The position numbers and the translations under genes are program-made. A DNA stretch of 64,000 bases from NCBI GenBank assembly GCA_004022145.1, contig RCNU01000001.1; one strand, given 5' to 3'. This DNA is from Paecilomyces variotii (lineage: Eukaryota). Position 1 is the stretch's first letter; each line of letters opens with the position of its first letter. The notes under the pieces were generated by a model. That model was not told where the DNA came from, made no database searches, and was given only the letters and a program-made list of their open reading frames with translations. Of the stretch, positions 62,504 to 64,000 are shown piece after piece.

Positions 62504-63628
62504 TGGTTTCGAAACATACATAGATGATATGAAAATGTGAATTTTGGTTGGGGATGATGGCGCGCGCGCGGTTTTTTGTCTAGGTACCATAAGGTTGGGA
62601 TATTTGTTTGATGTAACCCAAGAAGGAACGGTCAATGCGCCAATACGGTTAAGGAGGGAGGGTTCTCCGATTCTATCCTTCTTTAGGTCAATGGGTTGTG
62701 GGAAGGAAGAGGGAACTTGGGGATGATTATCGCTGGACATGGTGGTTTGACTATATTATATAGTTAAATGTATATAGAGCATGAACTAGCACCACAGTTG
62801 AATCGTTTCTAATGGCAAATAATACCGATCTTGTAGTTCATAAGATGGTAATTGTTTCTATTAAGGGTGTCTGTCAATTCTCGGGGGCGTGAGAATCAGG
62901 TTACGCTTCTATTGGAGTCCATCTTTATATACATACATTACAAAGCCGCAATAGTAGCTAGTTATAAGGACGAGTAGATGAGCAGTGAATATTGACATAT
63001 ATCCAAGGTTCCACGGCCATTGAAGTCAGTAATATATACATTGATACGCCCGCGATTATACGCATTTATATTTATTTTTCTATTGCTGGTCTGCTCCGTT
63101 CGATACGCATACGCATAGGGATTTGCCCTCAATACTTTCCCACGCAAATGGCCGGTTGAGCCACTGTCCCCTAGAATAACCAGATGACAGAGAATGCTAA
63201 AAGATTTTCTATGATGTGCTCGAACACCATCCACTAGAATACGAACCTTTCCGGATACTCCAAATCTGGCACCAGTTCCCGTTTTATTGGAAATAGGTAC
63301 GCATATACAGAGTTATGTACTATGTTGAATTGTTGATGCCATTCATCAAGGTAGCCAAAGAAACCTATTTGACAGCAGAACACAAAATCCCAAGAACCTA
63401 GACTGGTATCTCTTTTGCAGACTCCGTTCCCTTTGCAAATGCATGATCCCATATTCGGGCCCGACTCCTAGCCGTCCGGCCATTTCCCATATAACCATCG
63501 CCTGGACGAAGTGAAAACAAAGAAGCATTCTCAAGAAACTCTTCCTTGAGGGAGGTTGAAGAAAGATACATAAAGTAGATGCAACAAATCAGATATCACA
63601 TGACAGTCGATATGGCCATCGACCACTT

Positions 63629-64000
63629 TCATCGCTTCTCCAAGCGACTCAACGCGCCCAAGACGAGACTGACGTCTCTTGGTTTCTCGCGTCTTATTCG
63701 TACCCTTGCTCTTCCCTCGCCCTCGCCCTCGTCTGTACTTCCCTCGATCTCTAATCGTTCAAGGGAGTTCTGCATGTCTCGTTCCTCTAGTCGTTGGGCA
63801 CAGATGCGCAGTATCTGCGAAGACACATTGTCTGCCGCAGAACGGTAGAGCTCGATATCATGGACACCTGCAGCAAAAGAGTCAAGCGTAGGTGCTAAAG
63901 ACGATGTCACCTGCGATAAACGAGAAGAGACAGCAGATATAGTCGTATTGGACAATAGGTCCGCCGAAGGAGACTGCTGTGGGCTCCGCCGGCTTGCACC
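63629..64000 (-). CDS. C-terminal part of a probable kinetochore Mis12-complex subunit (Dsn1/Mis13 family); 5' part lies outside the window
   Basis: SRLSQVTSSLAPTLDSFAAGVHDIELYRSAADNVSSQILRICAQRLEERD...VLGALSRLE resembles the fungal Mis13/Dsn1 C-terminus (from memory). The frame is open to the window edge. Confidence 0.65.
   Translation of the reverse strand, partial: GASRRSPQQSPSADLLSNTTISAVSSRLSQVTSSLAPTLDSFAAGVHDIELYRSAADNVSSQILRICAQRLEERDMQNSLERLEIEGSTDEGEGEGRARVRIRREKPRDVSLVLGALSRLEKR

Overview
Eukaryotic, intron-containing DNA from a filamentous ascomycete. Gene content and intron style point to Eurotiales (Aspergillus/Paecilomyces-like; inferred). Thirteen protein genes are supported, and for the eight spliced genes the exon chains I traced sum to whole codons. 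In order: VIT-vWA protein, F-box-like orphan, secreted SGNH/CE16-like esterase, MFS monocarboxylate transporter, GATA regulator nsdD (between ~11.7 kb and ~6.3 kb of gene-free DNA), type-B carboxylesterase, NTF2-like small protein, glutamate-cysteine ligase, complex I subunit NDUFB7, Mbp1/Res-type APSES-ankyrin factor, a Q-rich unknown protein with a ~1.3 kb AUG-free leader, an intronless CCA-adding-type nucleotidyltransferase and a Prm10/DUF1212 membrane protein. The 3' end of a probable Dsn1/Mis13 kinetochore gene runs off the window end. The most unusual signals are non-coding: 13 exact intergenic copies of TACGGAGTA/TACTCCGTA (8 upstream of nsdD), a dispersed family of TAG/CTA-rich palindromes, GATCT clusters around nsdD, and a candidate spliced transcript convergent on the nucleotidyltransferase. 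I saw no tRNA, rRNA, CRISPR array or intact transposon.
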